Made by a program: the position numbers and the translations under genes
Assembly: GCA_018664115.1 (NCBI GenBank)
Contig: JABJOX010000004.1
Coordinates: 10,089-74,088 of the forward strand
Length of the DNA stretch: 64,000 nt
Direction of reading: 5' to 3'
Origin: Candidatus Woesearchaeota archaeon
GTDB lineage: Archaea > Nanobdellota > Nanobdellia > Woesearchaeales > GW2011-AR9
The notes under the pieces: generated by a model
Told to the model about the DNA's origin: nothing
The model's database searches: none
What the model saw: only the letters and a program-made list of their open reading frames with translations
Shown here: piece by piece, positions 35,147 to 47,463 of the stretch
Layout: every line of letters begins with the position of its first letter
How positions within the stretch are numbered: the stretch's first letter is position 1

Positions 35147-37099
35147 ATGGTTAGTATAATAACAATTATTTTGTTTTTCTTGTATACTTGGGGCTTAGGT
35201 TTTACAGTCACCTATTTCGTAAAACAATCTGAAAATACTTTAGAAAGACATTTGATGAATATTGGGATTGGTTTAGGTGTTTTCGCAATATTATCAATCA
35301 TTCTTAACTTTTTTCGAGTTCCATTGGATTGGAAAATATTTTTGGTTTTGAGTTTAATCATTCCGGTTTACGATTTAATTAAGAAGTATAAGAATAAACA
35401 ATTGTCTTTTCCAAATTTTAAATTAACTAAATCAAATCTTGCAATTTTGATTGTACTCTTAATTTTCTTAACTTCTTTTTACATTTATACTAAAGGTGCT
35501 TTTAGTTATCCTTATTTAGAAGATGAAGACCCTTGGGGCCATGCTATTGGAGTAAAATATGTTGCATTAGAAAAAGATGCTTATGACCCTCCATTAATTG
35601 GCGAGGACCTTCAGGGACAAGATTTAGTTCTTTCTTATATTGATCCTTATCCCCCCGCTTATGACGTTTTTTTAGGAATATTGCATCAAACATCTCCAGA
35701 TTTGACTTGGACCATGAAATTTTTTAATGCTTTAATAATTTCTTTGGGTTTCATTTTTTTCTTTTTTTTTGCCTGGCAATTTATAGGAAATAGGAATAAA
35801 GCTTTATTTGCAACTTTTATTTTGGCAGCAATTCCTTGTTATTTAAGCCATTTTATCTGGGCACATTCATTGGTTGTCACATTATTTTTTCCGACAATGT
35901 ACGCTTTTGAAATGATTAAAAAAGATAGAAAGTGGATGTTTGTTGCTTTAATTCTGGTTGCTGCAATTTGGGTTTCTCAAAATTTATCACAACCAATAAA
36001 AATCACAATGATGATTCTATTATATTTAATTGTTATTTCTATAGTTCAAAAGAAATTTTTCACAAAAGGTTTTATTGCTTTATTTGGAGGTATGATTTTG
36101 TCCCAAGTTTGGTGGGGCGCCATGGTGAAAAAATATACATTAAAAGGTTTTATTAGAATTTGGCAGGGGAATTTGTTAGATTCTGGAGGAACTTCTTCTT
36201 CAACTTTGATTAGCTTATCTAACAAACTCATTTCTGTTCTTCAATCAATCGTTAATCCTGGGGGAAGTGGATCAAGAGCTTATCTTTTTAATGATTTTTT
36301 TATTGCTAAATCTCAAAATATGATTAATAATCCAATCGGTGTTGGGATTGTTATTTCATTATTGGTTTTAATAGGATTTATCTTTGTAATCTGGAAACAC
36401 AAATCTGCTATTGTTAAATCAAAACAGACTTGGGTTATTGTTACTTTATTTTGGTTAATTTTCACTTTTTGGGGTGTAAATGGCCAAACTTTTCCTATCT
36501 CTGTTGCTCGAGGACCTTTTAGGATTTGGATGTTAATGGCTATTCCAATTGCTTTAATTTCTGTTGAAGGGTTGTACTTTGTTAAAGCATTATTCAAACA
36601 AAAACATTTGAAAATTTTAGTTGTAATTTTAGTTGTTACTGGAATTATTTTTACTTCCGCTCAACAAAAATATGAACATAATACTTCTATTTGGCCAACT
36701 TCTGGTTCTTATTCTGGTGCTCATCAGTCTGAACCTTTTGAATATGGTTTGTGGTTCAATTCAATTCCAGATACCACTTCTGTTTTTACATATTCTCCCC
36801 GAGATAAATTAACTATTGGTTATGGAAAATATAGTTGTGCTTGGTGTCAAAACATTTTGGATTTTAGAGAAAACATACTACATGAAAATGCAGAAGAACT
36901 TCATCAATTTTTAAAAGAAAATCAATATCAATTTTTAATAATTAATGCTCGAATGGAAAATAAATATTTCAAGGGTATATTTGGAGAAGAAGAAACAAAT
37001 AAATTGCTTCAAGTTCGTTATAATGAAATAATCAATTCGGAACTTTTTATTCCGGTTTATCAAAAAGAAAATATGTTTGTGGTGTTTGAAGTAAAATGA
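35147..37099 (+). CDS. Large polytopic membrane protein, probable GT-C glycosyltransferase
   Basis: Acidic first loop EDEDPWGH, YPP motif, over 10 TM segments, soluble C-terminal domain; no WWDYG motif. Confidence 0.65.
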   Translation: MVSIITIILFFLYTWGLGFTVTYFVKQSENTLERHLMNIGIGLGVFAILSIILNFFRVPLDWKIFLVLSLIIPVYDLIKKYKNKQLSFPNFKLTKSNLAILIVLLIFLTSFYIYTKGAFSYPYLEDEDPWGHAIGVKYVALEKDAYDPPLIGEDLQGQDLVLSYIDPYPPAYDVFLGILHQTSPDLTWTMKFFNALIISLGFIFFFFFAWQFIGNRNKALFATFILAAIPCYLSHFIWAHSLVVTLFFPTMYAFEMIKKDRKWMFVALILVAAIWVSQNLSQPIKITMMILLYLIVISIVQKKFFTKGFIALFGGMILSQVWWGAMVKKYTLKGFIRIWQGNLLDSGGTSSSTLISLSNKLISVLQSIVNPGGSGSRAYLFNDFFIAKSQNMINNPIGVGIVISLLVLIGFIFVIWKHKSAIVKSKQTWVIVTLFWLIFTFWGVNGQTFPISVARGPFRIWMLMAIPIALISVEGLYFVKALFKQKHLKILVVILVVTGIIFTSAQQKYEHNTSIWPTSGSYSGAHQSEPFEYGLWFNSIPDTTSVFTYSPRDKLTIGYGKYSCAWCQNILDFRENILHENAEELHQFLKENQYQFLIINARMENKYFKGIFGEEETNKLLQVRYNEIINSELFIPVYQKENMFVVFEVK

Positions 37100-37353
37100 A
37101 TGAAAAAATAAATTTATGGCAAAAAGGATTGTTGATTGCGTTATATGGTTTAATTATTTTAATGGTTATATTTTCAATTGGAGCTACAAAAAATCTTGGT
37201 GAAGATGGCTATAACAATTGTATTCAAAAAAAATGTGATAAAAAAGGAGAAGATTTTTGTCATAAATTTAGAGAAATAAATAATTGTTGTTTAGGTGCGG
37301 GAGGAAATGTTGCTCAATCAAATAGTGGTTTAATTTGTATTTTTGATAAATAA
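37096..37353 (+). CDS. Small membrane-anchored protein with six cysteines
   Basis: ATGA overlap; N-terminal TM then C-x4-C-x7-C-x8-CC-x15-C. Confidence 0.7.
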   Translation: MNEKINLWQKGLLIALYGLIILMVIFSIGATKNLGEDGYNNCIQKKCDKKGEDFCHKFREINNCCLGAGGNVAQSNSGLICIFDK

Positions 37354-37405
37354 ACATAATATATAAATTAAAGCTTTATAAAAAATAAAATCATTAAACT
37401 GTAAT

Positions 37406-39133
37406 ATGAGATTTAATAAAAATAATTTTTACTTGATCTTAATTTTTTTGTTAGCATTAGTTATAAAAATAATTACTGCTTTTTATACTCCTCTTGATAC
37501 TGATGAAATGATTTATTCTCTTATTCCTCTTAATATCATTTCTGCAGAAAGATTAGGTAATGTTTTTCAATCTCATCTTTATTTTTATTTTGCAGATATT
37601 GGATACCAAATCGCAGGGGGTTTAAGTCCTTTTACAGCAAGGTTACCTTCGATTATTTTTGGTTCTTTTTTGGTATTTATTATATACCTGGTTGCTTTTA
37701 ATTTGTTTAAGAATAGAAAGGTTGCATTAACTTCTTCTTTTTTGTTTGCGCTTTCTGGATATGTGATTAGATACAATATTGAAACTGATATGCCCGCATT
37801 TTTTTTCAGCCTGTTAAGTATTTTATTTTTTATAAAAGGTTTACGTGGAGACTATAGAAATTTTTATTTATCCTCATTATTTCTTGCTTTTAGCGTACTT
37901 ATTAAAAATATTGTGCTTATATTTATTCCCGTATATTTACTCATTTTGATATTTTATTATTTTAAGAAGAAAACACCCCATTTAACTTTGAATAAAGCAA
38001 TTAAAGAATTATTTTTTAATAAGAAAATAATTTTGAGATCTCTCATATGTTGTAGTATATTTGTTTTAATTATATCACCCGTATTAATATATAATTATCT
38101 GATTTACAAATATAATGGATTTACAGATATTTATTTTGCTTCTTTTGGATTTGGAAAAGATCTTTATAGTAGTATTCAAAATAAACCTTGGAATTTATTA
38201 AAATTGACGGCTTCTGCTTCCAATTTTATTGTTAATTTTTTTAAGAAAGATGGAATTATTTTTATTTTTGGTTTATTTGGGGCTTTTTTTTCTTTTCGGA
38301 AAAATAAATATTTTACCTCTTTACTTTTACTTTCTTTAGTTACATTATTTGTTTTTGTTGGTGGAATTACTGGTGTTGGTTCTCACGCTCTTTGGGTTCC
38401 TATAGTATTAAGTATTTTTTCTGGTTATTCGTTAGTGTTAATTTCTAAAAAAGTTTCATCATTTTTTAATATTAAATTCTTTCTCAAAGGAATCTTAGTC
38501 ATTGCTTTAATACTTAGTATTTTTTCTATTAAAGAAGTAGTTGAATTGAGTAATCATTCTAGTACTCTTCAACTTTGGGATGTGGTTCACGAACAGATTC
38601 CTTCTAATGCAATTGTGGTTATGGATCCTCGTATTTATCGAGGATCATATGCTTGGGTTTTTAATGACCGAGATTATCTTGAAGGAACTCAATTCTTTAC
38701 TTTTTTAGAATATATTGAAAGTTCTTCTGAGGAGAAACAGAATATTCCTTTTTATTATATTGAGTGTAGGCCGGGAAGCTATTGTGGATGGAAGCCAGAA
38801 GATTTTAATAATATTGAAAGTTATAGTAAACAGTTAAGTGAATTTCTATTGCCAAAAATGAAGAAAATAGCAGAAATAAAATCAGAACATAATTATTGGA
38901 TTTATCAAGGTACAATTCTTGCACCAAAATTTGTTCATGAATCAATTATTAAACCGGAATTTTGGTTTTATCCAGTTGGGTGGTGGAAAAATAGTCAAAT
39001 TATTGATGATTACAATCCTGTTGGAATAGACATTTTATTTAATAAATTTGGATTTGTAATTTTTTATCTTACTGTTTTTTGTTCTTTATTAACTATTTTC
39101 TTTGTAATTTACTTAGTAATCACGGAAAAATGA
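37406..39133 (+). CDS. GT-C membrane glycosyltransferase (ArnT/PMT-like)
   Basis: DTDEMIY loop, ARLPSIIFG, many TM segments, soluble C-terminal domain, terminal TM. Confidence 0.82.
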   Translation: MRFNKNNFYLILIFLLALVIKIITAFYTPLDTDEMIYSLIPLNIISAERLGNVFQSHLYFYFADIGYQIAGGLSPFTARLPSIIFGSFLVFIIYLVAFNLFKNRKVALTSSFLFALSGYVIRYNIETDMPAFFFSLLSILFFIKGLRGDYRNFYLSSLFLAFSVLIKNIVLIFIPVYLLILIFYYFKKKTPHLTLNKAIKELFFNKKIILRSLICCSIFVLIISPVLIYNYLIYKYNGFTDIYFASFGFGKDLYSSIQNKPWNLLKLTASASNFIVNFFKKDGIIFIFGLFGAFFSFRKNKYFTSLLLLSLVTLFVFVGGITGVGSHALWVPIVLSIFSGYSLVLISKKVSSFFNIKFFLKGILVIALILSIFSIKEVVELSNHSSTLQLWDVVHEQIPSNAIVVMDPRIYRGSYAWVFNDRDYLEGTQFFTFLEYIESSSEEKQNIPFYYIECRPGSYCGWKPEDFNNIESYSKQLSEFLLPKMKKIAEIKSEHNYWIYQGTILAPKFVHESIIKPEFWFYPVGWWKNSQIIDDYNPVGIDILFNKFGFVIFYLTVFCSLLTIFFVIYLVITEK

Positions 39134-39201
39134 TCGTTAAAATACTTTGTTGATTCTTAAAGAAGATTTTTTTTGCTGTAATTTAAAGTTTAATTATTAA
39201 G

Positions 39202-39948
39202 TTATTTTCTTTCGCGATTATCTTCTTTTACAGTAGCTATTGCAAAAAGCCGATCTCCAATAGGAAAAATAAAATGATTTTCAAGATATTTATACCACCA
39301 ATACATTAGTTTGTTAACGATAGGATTTAGTTTTTCATAAGGGTACTCGTCTTTTTTTGTGATCTTTAAATAAATACTTGCAAAAAGCATTAAGAAGTTA
39401 TAATATTTAAGTTTAATATCTTTATATCCTGCGGATTTTAATTTAAGATATAACATTTTTTTTGTATAGCGTCTAACATGACCAATACGCCGATCCCTTT
39501 CGGTGAATAAACAATTAAATGTTGGTTTATCAGTTATCATAATTTTACCATTATGTTTTAATAGCCTTCTAGCTGCTGCCATCATTGCGACATCATCTTC
39601 AATATGCTCAAGAACACCAGCAAATAGTATTCCATCAAACTTATCTTTAGTTTCAAATTCTTCTATTCTCTTAATCTCAAAATTAATTTGAATACCATTT
39701 TCTTCTGCTTTTTTTTTAGCTAAAGCAATTAAAGGTTCACTAACATCTATTCCCGTAACATCAAATCCACTTTTAGCTAAATGCACTGTTACTTTTCCAA
39801 GACCACAACCAACATCAAGGACACGATTTATATTTTCTTTTTTAAGAATTTTAGCAATAATTTTAGCTCGTTGTTCATTATAAAAAGGTGTTTCTTTATC
39901 TAAACTCATCTCTGCAAGTTCAGTTTCATGTTGCTCTTTTTCATTCAT
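39202..39948 (-). CDS. Class I SAM-dependent methyltransferase
   Basis: VLDVGCGLG, GIDVS, FD....VLEHIEDD, GHVRRY. Confidence 0.9.
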   Translation of the reverse strand: MNEKEQHETELAEMSLDKETPFYNEQRAKIIAKILKKENINRVLDVGCGLGKVTVHLAKSGFDVTGIDVSEPLIALAKKKAEENGIQINFEIKRIEEFETKDKFDGILFAGVLEHIEDDVAMMAAARRLLKHNGKIMITDKPTFNCLFTERDRRIGHVRRYTKKMLYLKLKSAGYKDIKLKYYNFLMLFASIYLKITKKDEYPYEKLNPIVNKLMYWWYKYLENHFIFPIGDRLFAIATVKEDNRERK

Positions 39949-40147
39949 GGTTTTTTCTTCCTAAGTTAAAGTATTTAAATTTATTGGTTTAATCGTTTAT
40001 GTTTTTAGGAAGAGAAAAGAACATTTTGATTCTTAATATCTTCTCCATTCCCACAACCTTTTTATATAAAGATTGGATTGAGACTTTATTGATTAGGATA
40101 TTTATTAAAACATTAGTGTAAAGATCAATTAAAATTGGCAGTTTAAA

Positions 40148-40618
40148 GTGGAAAATTCAATAGAAAGAATTGAACGTAATGGTAAGATTCTCGCAATTGT
40201 TACTCGAGCAAAAGCATTGCAAGAATTGGAACAATCTGGTAAAAGCATGCTATTTGTTAGTCCGGACGAATTTTCATTTCAAGTTGGAATACATAATCGA
40301 CCAAAGGGCGATATTTGCACTCCTCATGTCCATATTCCTTTCTCTCAACTTACAAACTTTCCAGTGCAAGAATTTTTTTATATAATCTCAGGTAGTGTTA
40401 AAATTGATATTTATAATCCTGATGATAACAATTATGATCTTAAAGTTTCTGAAGTAACAATCAATGAGGGAGATTCTATAATTCTTAATTGTGGCCATGG
40501 CTTTACTTTCTTGGAAGATAATACTAAAGTGATTGAATTGAAACAAGGCCCTTATCGGGGCCGAGAGAACGAGAAACGAGATGTTAAAGAAACAAATAAA
40601 GAAGGTGATTACATATGA
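40148..40618 (+). CDS. Cupin-fold protein (sugar-cluster type)
   Basis: PHVH...QE...G...GD...GHGF...ELKQGPY cupin metal motif. Confidence 0.78.
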   Translation: MENSIERIERNGKILAIVTRAKALQELEQSGKSMLFVSPDEFSFQVGIHNRPKGDICTPHVHIPFSQLTNFPVQEFFYIISGSVKIDIYNPDDNNYDLKVSEVTINEGDSIILNCGHGFTFLEDNTKVIELKQGPYRGRENEKRDVKETNKEGDYI

Positions 40619-41781
40619 GTCAAGATTTTATCCCTGTTTGTGAACCCACTCTGAGTGGAAATGAATTAAAATATGTTACTGAAGCTGTGCAAACTGGTTG
40701 GATTTCTTCCGGCGGATCTTTCTTAAAACAGTTTGAAGAAAAGTTTGCTGCTTATTGTGGTGTCAAACATGGAATTAGTTGTACAAATGGAACAACTGCT
40801 TTACATTTGGCGATTGAAGCTTTGGGTATTGGTAAGAGTGATGAAGTTATTACTCCTACATTTACCATGGCTGCCTCTTCCAATGCGATCATTTATTCAG
40901 GGGCTAAACCCGTACTTATTGATTCTGAATTAGATACTTGGAACATGGACATCAATAAGATTGAAGAAAAAATTACCGAGAAAACAAAAGCAATCATGGT
41001 GGTCCATACTTATGGCCATCCTGTTGATATGGATAGAGTAAAAGAAATTGCTGACAGATACAATTTGTTTATTATTGAAGATGCTGCTGAAGCGCATGGT
41101 GCCGAATATAAAGGAAGAAAAGCTGGCAGTTTAAGCGATGTGGCTTGTTTTAGTTTTTATGCTAATAAAATTATTACTACTGGAGAAGGTGGGATGGTTA
41201 TTACAAACAATGACAAAATTGCCGAAGAAGCCAGAAAATTAAGAAACCATTATTTTGGCGAACCAAGATTTTTGCATCAGAAAGTAGGATATAATCATCG
41301 CTTGACAAATCTTCAAGCAGCTATTGGTCTTGCTCAAGTTGAGAAATTAGATGATTATGTTGGGATGAGAAGAAATAATGCTCATCTTTACAATGAACTG
41401 CTTAAAGATGTTCCAGGGATAACTTTACCGCCAGAAAAAGATTGGGCCAAGAATGTTTATTGGATGTATGGAGTTTTAGTACAACCAGAATTTGGAATGA
41501 CTATGCCCGAACTTTGTAAAAAATTAAAAGAAAGAGGAATTGATACTAGAACTTTCTTTATTGGGATGCATAAACAACCTGCTTATTTTGGCGATGATCC
41601 AAGATTTCCTGACACTACTGGAAATTATCCCGGTTCAGATGAATTAGAAGCTAAAGGATTCTATTTGCCTTCTACTAGCCATTTAACTAATAAGCAAATA
41701 ATTTTCATTGTTAATCAGATAAAAGAGATTCAGGAAGATAATAGAGAAAGGAATAGAGAAGAGAATGCAACTAAACAATAA
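40615..41781 (+). CDS. DegT/DnrJ aminotransferase, GDP-perosamine synthase-like
   Basis: IPVCEP...GNE, WISSGG, NGTTALHLA, EDAAEAHG, SFYANKIITTGEGG, VYWMY. Confidence 0.9.
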   Translation: MSQDFIPVCEPTLSGNELKYVTEAVQTGWISSGGSFLKQFEEKFAAYCGVKHGISCTNGTTALHLAIEALGIGKSDEVITPTFTMAASSNAIIYSGAKPVLIDSELDTWNMDINKIEEKITEKTKAIMVVHTYGHPVDMDRVKEIADRYNLFIIEDAAEAHGAEYKGRKAGSLSDVACFSFYANKIITTGEGGMVITNNDKIAEEARKLRNHYFGEPRFLHQKVGYNHRLTNLQAAIGLAQVEKLDDYVGMRRNNAHLYNELLKDVPGITLPPEKDWAKNVYWMYGVLVQPEFGMTMPELCKKLKERGIDTRTFFIGMHKQPAYFGDDPRFPDTTGNYPGSDELEAKGFYLPSTSHLTNKQIIFIVNQIKEIQEDNRERNREENATKQ

Positions 41782-42493
41782 TCTTAACGAATTTAAAGTT
41801 TCTGTAGTTCTTCCTTCTTATAATGAAAGAGATAGTATTGTAGAAGCGATTAATCGAATCAACAATGCTGTTGGTGAGCAATTATTAGAAATTATCATCG
41901 TTGATGACAATTCTCCTGATTTAACTTGGAAATTGCTTGAAGAACTAAATCATCCAAAAGTAAAACTTATTCGTAGAATTAATGAAAAAGGTTTAGCTTC
42001 ATCTTTAGATGATGGGATCAGAGCTGCTCAGGGTGATGTAATTGTTTGGTTAGATGCTGATTTAGGATTATCTCCAGAAGAGATTCCGGGCTTGGTATCT
42101 CAATTAAATAAATATGATGTTGCGATTGGTTCGAGGTATGTTAAAGGTGGTAAAGACCCTCGACCAGCATTTAGAGTTTTTGTTAGCATTCTAATAAATC
42201 TTTATGCAATGACTTTTTTAGGTTTTGGAGTGAGAGATTATACTTCTGGATTTGCTGCTGTCCGCAAAGAAGTGTTTGATAAAGTTCATTTTTCTAGGAA
42301 AGGTTTTGGAGAATATTTCATTGATTTTGCTTACAAATCAAAAAAAGCAGGATATAAAATTATTGAAATGCCTTGCGTTTATCAAGTTCGTTCTGGCGGA
42401 GTATCTAAATCAGATGGTGATTTAGGAACATTATTTAGCTTGGGAAAAGATTATGGTTTAAGAGTCTTAAAATTAAGATTTGGAAAAGATTAG
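41765..42493 (+). CDS. GT2 polyprenol-phosphate sugar synthase-like
   Basis: PSYNE, VDDNSPDLT, LDADL, GSRYVKGG, DYTSGF; paralogue of 31917..32693. Confidence 0.9.
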   Translation: MQLNNNLNEFKVSVVLPSYNERDSIVEAINRINNAVGEQLLEIIIVDDNSPDLTWKLLEELNHPKVKLIRRINEKGLASSLDDGIRAAQGDVIVWLDADLGLSPEEIPGLVSQLNKYDVAIGSRYVKGGKDPRPAFRVFVSILINLYAMTFLGFGVRDYTSGFAAVRKEVFDKVHFSRKGFGEYFIDFAYKSKKAGYKIIEMPCVYQVRSGGVSKSDGDLGTLFSLGKDYGLRVLKLRFGKD

Positions 42494-42507
42494 CTTTGGT
42501 TAAAAAT

Positions 42508-42930
42508 ATGAATTACACAAAAAGCAATGAATTAGGTCAAAATTATTTTAATCCTAAGATATTAAACTCAAACTATTTTCGTTATTTTAAATTTTTAATT
42601 GGCGGAGGATTAAGTTTACTTTTAAATTTATTTATCACTTTTATTTTAACCGAATATGTTCATATTTGGTATATGGCTTCATTTGCAATTGCTTTAGGCA
42701 TGGAAATATTTTTTTTATTTTTATATCACTCTGTAATCACATTTAAGAAAAAAGGTAATTTTATTTTATTTTTTCTTATCATCTTATTTATCAGCGACTT
42801 AAATTGGATTTTAGTTTATTTAACTACTGAATTATTAAATTGGCACTATTTATTTGCCATTGTAATTGTTGCGGGCACTGTTTCAATTATTAATTTTCTA
42901 TTTAACAAATATTTTGTCTTTAAAGTGTGA
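42508..42930 (+). CDS. GtrA-family lipid-linked sugar translocase
   Basis: KFLIGGG, LTE, TFK, NFLFNKYFVFK; four TM segments; follows a GT2. Confidence 0.85.
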   Translation: MNYTKSNELGQNYFNPKILNSNYFRYFKFLIGGGLSLLLNLFITFILTEYVHIWYMASFAIALGMEIFFLFLYHSVITFKKKGNFILFFLIILFISDLNWILVYLTTELLNWHYLFAIVIVAGTVSIINFLFNKYFVFKV

Positions 42931-43006
42931 AACTTTCCTAAATATTCTTTTTAAGTGTTAGAGAACAGAAAACTTTATAATATTTAGATAAGGGTATGTC
43001 TTTAAT

Positions 43007-44308
43007 ATGGACAATCAACAAAACGAGGTTGGAAATGAGACTAAATTAAGTCCTGATAATCAAATCCCTACTGCTTATACTACAAGAACAACTTGCCGAG
43101 TTTGTAATTCAGATAAGTTAACATTCTTATTCACTCTTGGAGATCAATACATTAACGATTTCCCAAGAAAAGAAGATTTTCACAAACTTAGAAAAGCACC
43201 TTTAGAAATGATTTTTTGTGAGAACTGTTCATTAGTACAATTGAAACATACTGCTCCTCAAGAATTGCTTTATACTGGTTTTTATTGGTACAAGTCTGGC
43301 GTTACAGAAACGATGATTAAAGCGCTTAAAGAGATCGCTAATCTTGCTGAACAAAGATTCAATCTTCAGTCTGGTGACGTTATGCTTGACATCGGCAGTA
43401 ATGATGGCACTCTTTTGCGACAATTTACTGTTCCGGGATTAATCACTGTTGGTGTAGAACCAGCAACTAATTTGGCTGAGGAAGGTAGCAAAGGAATAAC
43501 TCATTTAATTAACGATTTTTGGATTTATGATAAATATTTTTCCGTTGTGGGCAAGAAAGCTAAAGTAATTACAGCTTTAGGCATGTTTTATGATATGGAA
43601 GACCCTAATCAATTTATTGCTGATGCTGAAAAAGCTTTAACTGATGATGGCGTTTTCATTGCGCAATTAATGTGCCTAAAAAACATGTTGGATAGTAATG
43701 ATGTGGGCAATATTTGTCACGAACATTTAGAATATTATTCTTTTGCTTCTCTTGAATATCTTTTCGGACAGAACGGTTTAGAAATTTTTGATATTGAAAT
43801 AAATAATGTTAATGGTGGTAGTTACAGGTTATATGCAAAAAAGAAAGGTGCAATGATCAATATTCCAGAAGGGGCTGCAGAAAGAATAGCTCAAGTTAAA
43901 GAAGAAGAAAAAGACTTTCAGGATAAGAAAGTTTATCAAGATTTTTTTCAGAGATTAGAAGATAATAAGAAGAGATGTGTTGATTTTATCAAACAGGAAA
44001 CTGCTAAAGGCAAGAAAGTTTGGGTTTTTGGCGCTTCTACTAAAGGCAATGTTATTTTACAATATTATGGTTTAGATGATTCATTGATTACTGCTGCTTC
44101 TGAACGAAGTCCTTGGAAATTTGGACGATATACGGTAGGAACAAATGTCCCTATTGTTTCAGAAGAAGAAGCTAGGAAAGCTCAACCTGATTATTTTTTA
44201 GTATTACCTTATGCTTTTTTTAATGAGATGTATGCTCGTGAAACAGAATGGAGACTAAAAGGTGGGAAATGGATTGTTCCTTTACCAGAATTTAGAGTTG
44301 TTGATTAA
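43007..44308 (+). CDS. NDP-hexose C-methyltransferase (TylCIII/NovU-like)
   Basis: Zn site CRVC...CENCSLVQL, DIGSNDGTLL, HEHLEYYS, NGGS, GASTKGN, K.GRY..G..VPI, PDYFLVLP. Confidence 0.9.
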   Translation: MDNQQNEVGNETKLSPDNQIPTAYTTRTTCRVCNSDKLTFLFTLGDQYINDFPRKEDFHKLRKAPLEMIFCENCSLVQLKHTAPQELLYTGFYWYKSGVTETMIKALKEIANLAEQRFNLQSGDVMLDIGSNDGTLLRQFTVPGLITVGVEPATNLAEEGSKGITHLINDFWIYDKYFSVVGKKAKVITALGMFYDMEDPNQFIADAEKALTDDGVFIAQLMCLKNMLDSNDVGNICHEHLEYYSFASLEYLFGQNGLEIFDIEINNVNGGSYRLYAKKKGAMINIPEGAAERIAQVKEEEKDFQDKKVYQDFFQRLEDNKKRCVDFIKQETAKGKKVWVFGASTKGNVILQYYGLDDSLITAASERSPWKFGRYTVGTNVPIVSEEEARKAQPDYFLVLPYAFFNEMYARETEWRLKGGKWIVPLPEFRVVD

Positions 44309-44310
44309 AA

Positions 44311-45946
<1,636 letters not shown>

Positions 45947-46013
45947 TTTTTTCTTACTAACAAATAGTTATTGTTTCAAAAGATTTATAAACTAAAAGTT
46001 TTCTAATTAATTT

Positions 46014-46460
46014 ATGGTTGAACACTCTAAAAAACACGATGTTTGTGGATATATTCGAAGAATATCTGGAATGGATGATAAATTAGAAGAATTCTTAACA
46101 AGTACTGAAAGAGAACAGTATAATACCCGTAGACAAAGAAAAGGTGTAAACAAAATTGCTAAAGAAGTATTTAAAGACTGTGGGTTGGGATATCAACTGA
46201 ATAGATGTTTTGGATATCCAGCAAATAATACTCGGATTTTACCTTTAGATGATCTTGCTAAAGTTTTGTATCAAGTTGGTGTTGCTTCATCTGTTGAAGA
46301 AGGAAAAGAAATTATTCCTGAACTTACTAAACTTCCTGAAAACACATTAAAATTTAGGGAGGGTGGTCCTCGCTTACTTTTTAAAGAAGCAACTACTTCA
46401 AATGGTTTAGAAGGAGAAGTGAAGTATGGGGTAGTAATAAGTTCAGACCATCTCGAATAA
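46014..46460 (+). CDS. Hypothetical protein (148 aa)
   Basis: Own TATA-like box (TTTATAAA 45984-45991); no motif recognised. Confidence 0.65.
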   Translation: MVEHSKKHDVCGYIRRISGMDDKLEEFLTSTEREQYNTRRQRKGVNKIAKEVFKDCGLGYQLNRCFGYPANNTRILPLDDLAKVLYQVGVASSVEEGKEIIPELTKLPENTLKFREGGPRLLFKEATTSNGLEGEVKYGVVISSDHLE

Positions 46461-46497
46461 ATTATCATTAAAGAAACATTCTATGAGGTAAATAAAA

Positions 46498-47448
46498 ATG
46501 ACAAATACAAATGATTTTCAAGTTGAAGAAGTAAACTATTTTGATTATGTAACGACGGTACCTATAATTGAAAAACGGTTAAGAAAAAGTTTATCAAGAG
46601 AACTTATTAGTCATTGGTGTGTTGATCACATGTTCACAAAAGAGGGATTATGTGCAGCTAATCCTGATGACATTTCTCAATCAAGAGACTTTCAATGGCA
46701 TATTGATAATGTTATTAATCCTCTGGTGAAGAGTGGAGAGATTAGTGATGGTAGTGATTCTCCATTTGATGATCGGAAATTAAGATATAATACTCCAACA
46801 CTTATTCCATTATCATCAGTCAGAGATCGAACTTCATTTACCTTACCTTTTGGAATAACTCACTACAAAGCTTTCCAAGCCGATCAAAATAGAAGTGATG
46901 AAGAAAATTTAGCTCTTCAAAAGAGAGGTGAAGAATTGTTTGGTGATAAATACGCTTTCTTTTCCAGAGCACCAGGAATTGCTGTTCTTCCCATAACTAA
47001 AGAAGGTTCTGTTTTTATTGGAGAAAGAACAAATGAAGATGCTAAAGGGTTACTAAATGCAGTTGCCGGACATTTAAAATATCGTCATCCAGAAAAAGTT
47101 GATTTGAATGAAGATTTATTAGCAGAAATGGAAGAAGAGTTTGGATTATTAGAATCCTCTTTGATTGAACGTCCATTTTTTGCTGGTGTTTATTCAAATC
47201 CAATTAAAGGCGATTTAGATTTCACTTATATTGCTCAAACAGATGCTCCTGATGAGTACTTTTCTTCAGGTAGATGGATGGAAAAAGTTTCTGAAAGAGA
47301 ACATAAACCTTTAATTCAATTAAGTTCAATGAGTGATGTTCAACGTATATTAGATACTGGTAAAGTGCCAGATGGTAGAGAATTTGATATCATGTACTCT
47401 ACTCGTGGAGCTTTAATGAGTCTTAAACCAGGAGAATTAAGAGACTAA
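46498..47448 (+). CDS. NUDIX-fold hydrolase-like protein
   Basis: AVLPITKEGSVFIGER...AVAGH...AEMEEEFGL, a degenerate Nudix box; GAGGT RBS. Confidence 0.6.
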   Translation: MTNTNDFQVEEVNYFDYVTTVPIIEKRLRKSLSRELISHWCVDHMFTKEGLCAANPDDISQSRDFQWHIDNVINPLVKSGEISDGSDSPFDDRKLRYNTPTLIPLSSVRDRTSFTLPFGITHYKAFQADQNRSDEENLALQKRGEELFGDKYAFFSRAPGIAVLPITKEGSVFIGERTNEDAKGLLNAVAGHLKYRHPEKVDLNEDLLAEMEEEFGLLESSLIERPFFAGVYSNPIKGDLDFTYIAQTDAPDEYFSSGRWMEKVSEREHKPLIQLSSMSDVQRILDTGKVPDGREFDIMYSTRGALMSLKPGELRD

Positions 47449-47463
47449 TAATCTTTGATAGTA

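Noticed and set aside
35147-37099. Oligosaccharyltransferase AglB
   Set aside because: Has a DPWxH-like loop but no WWDYG motif; kept as generic GT-C-like.
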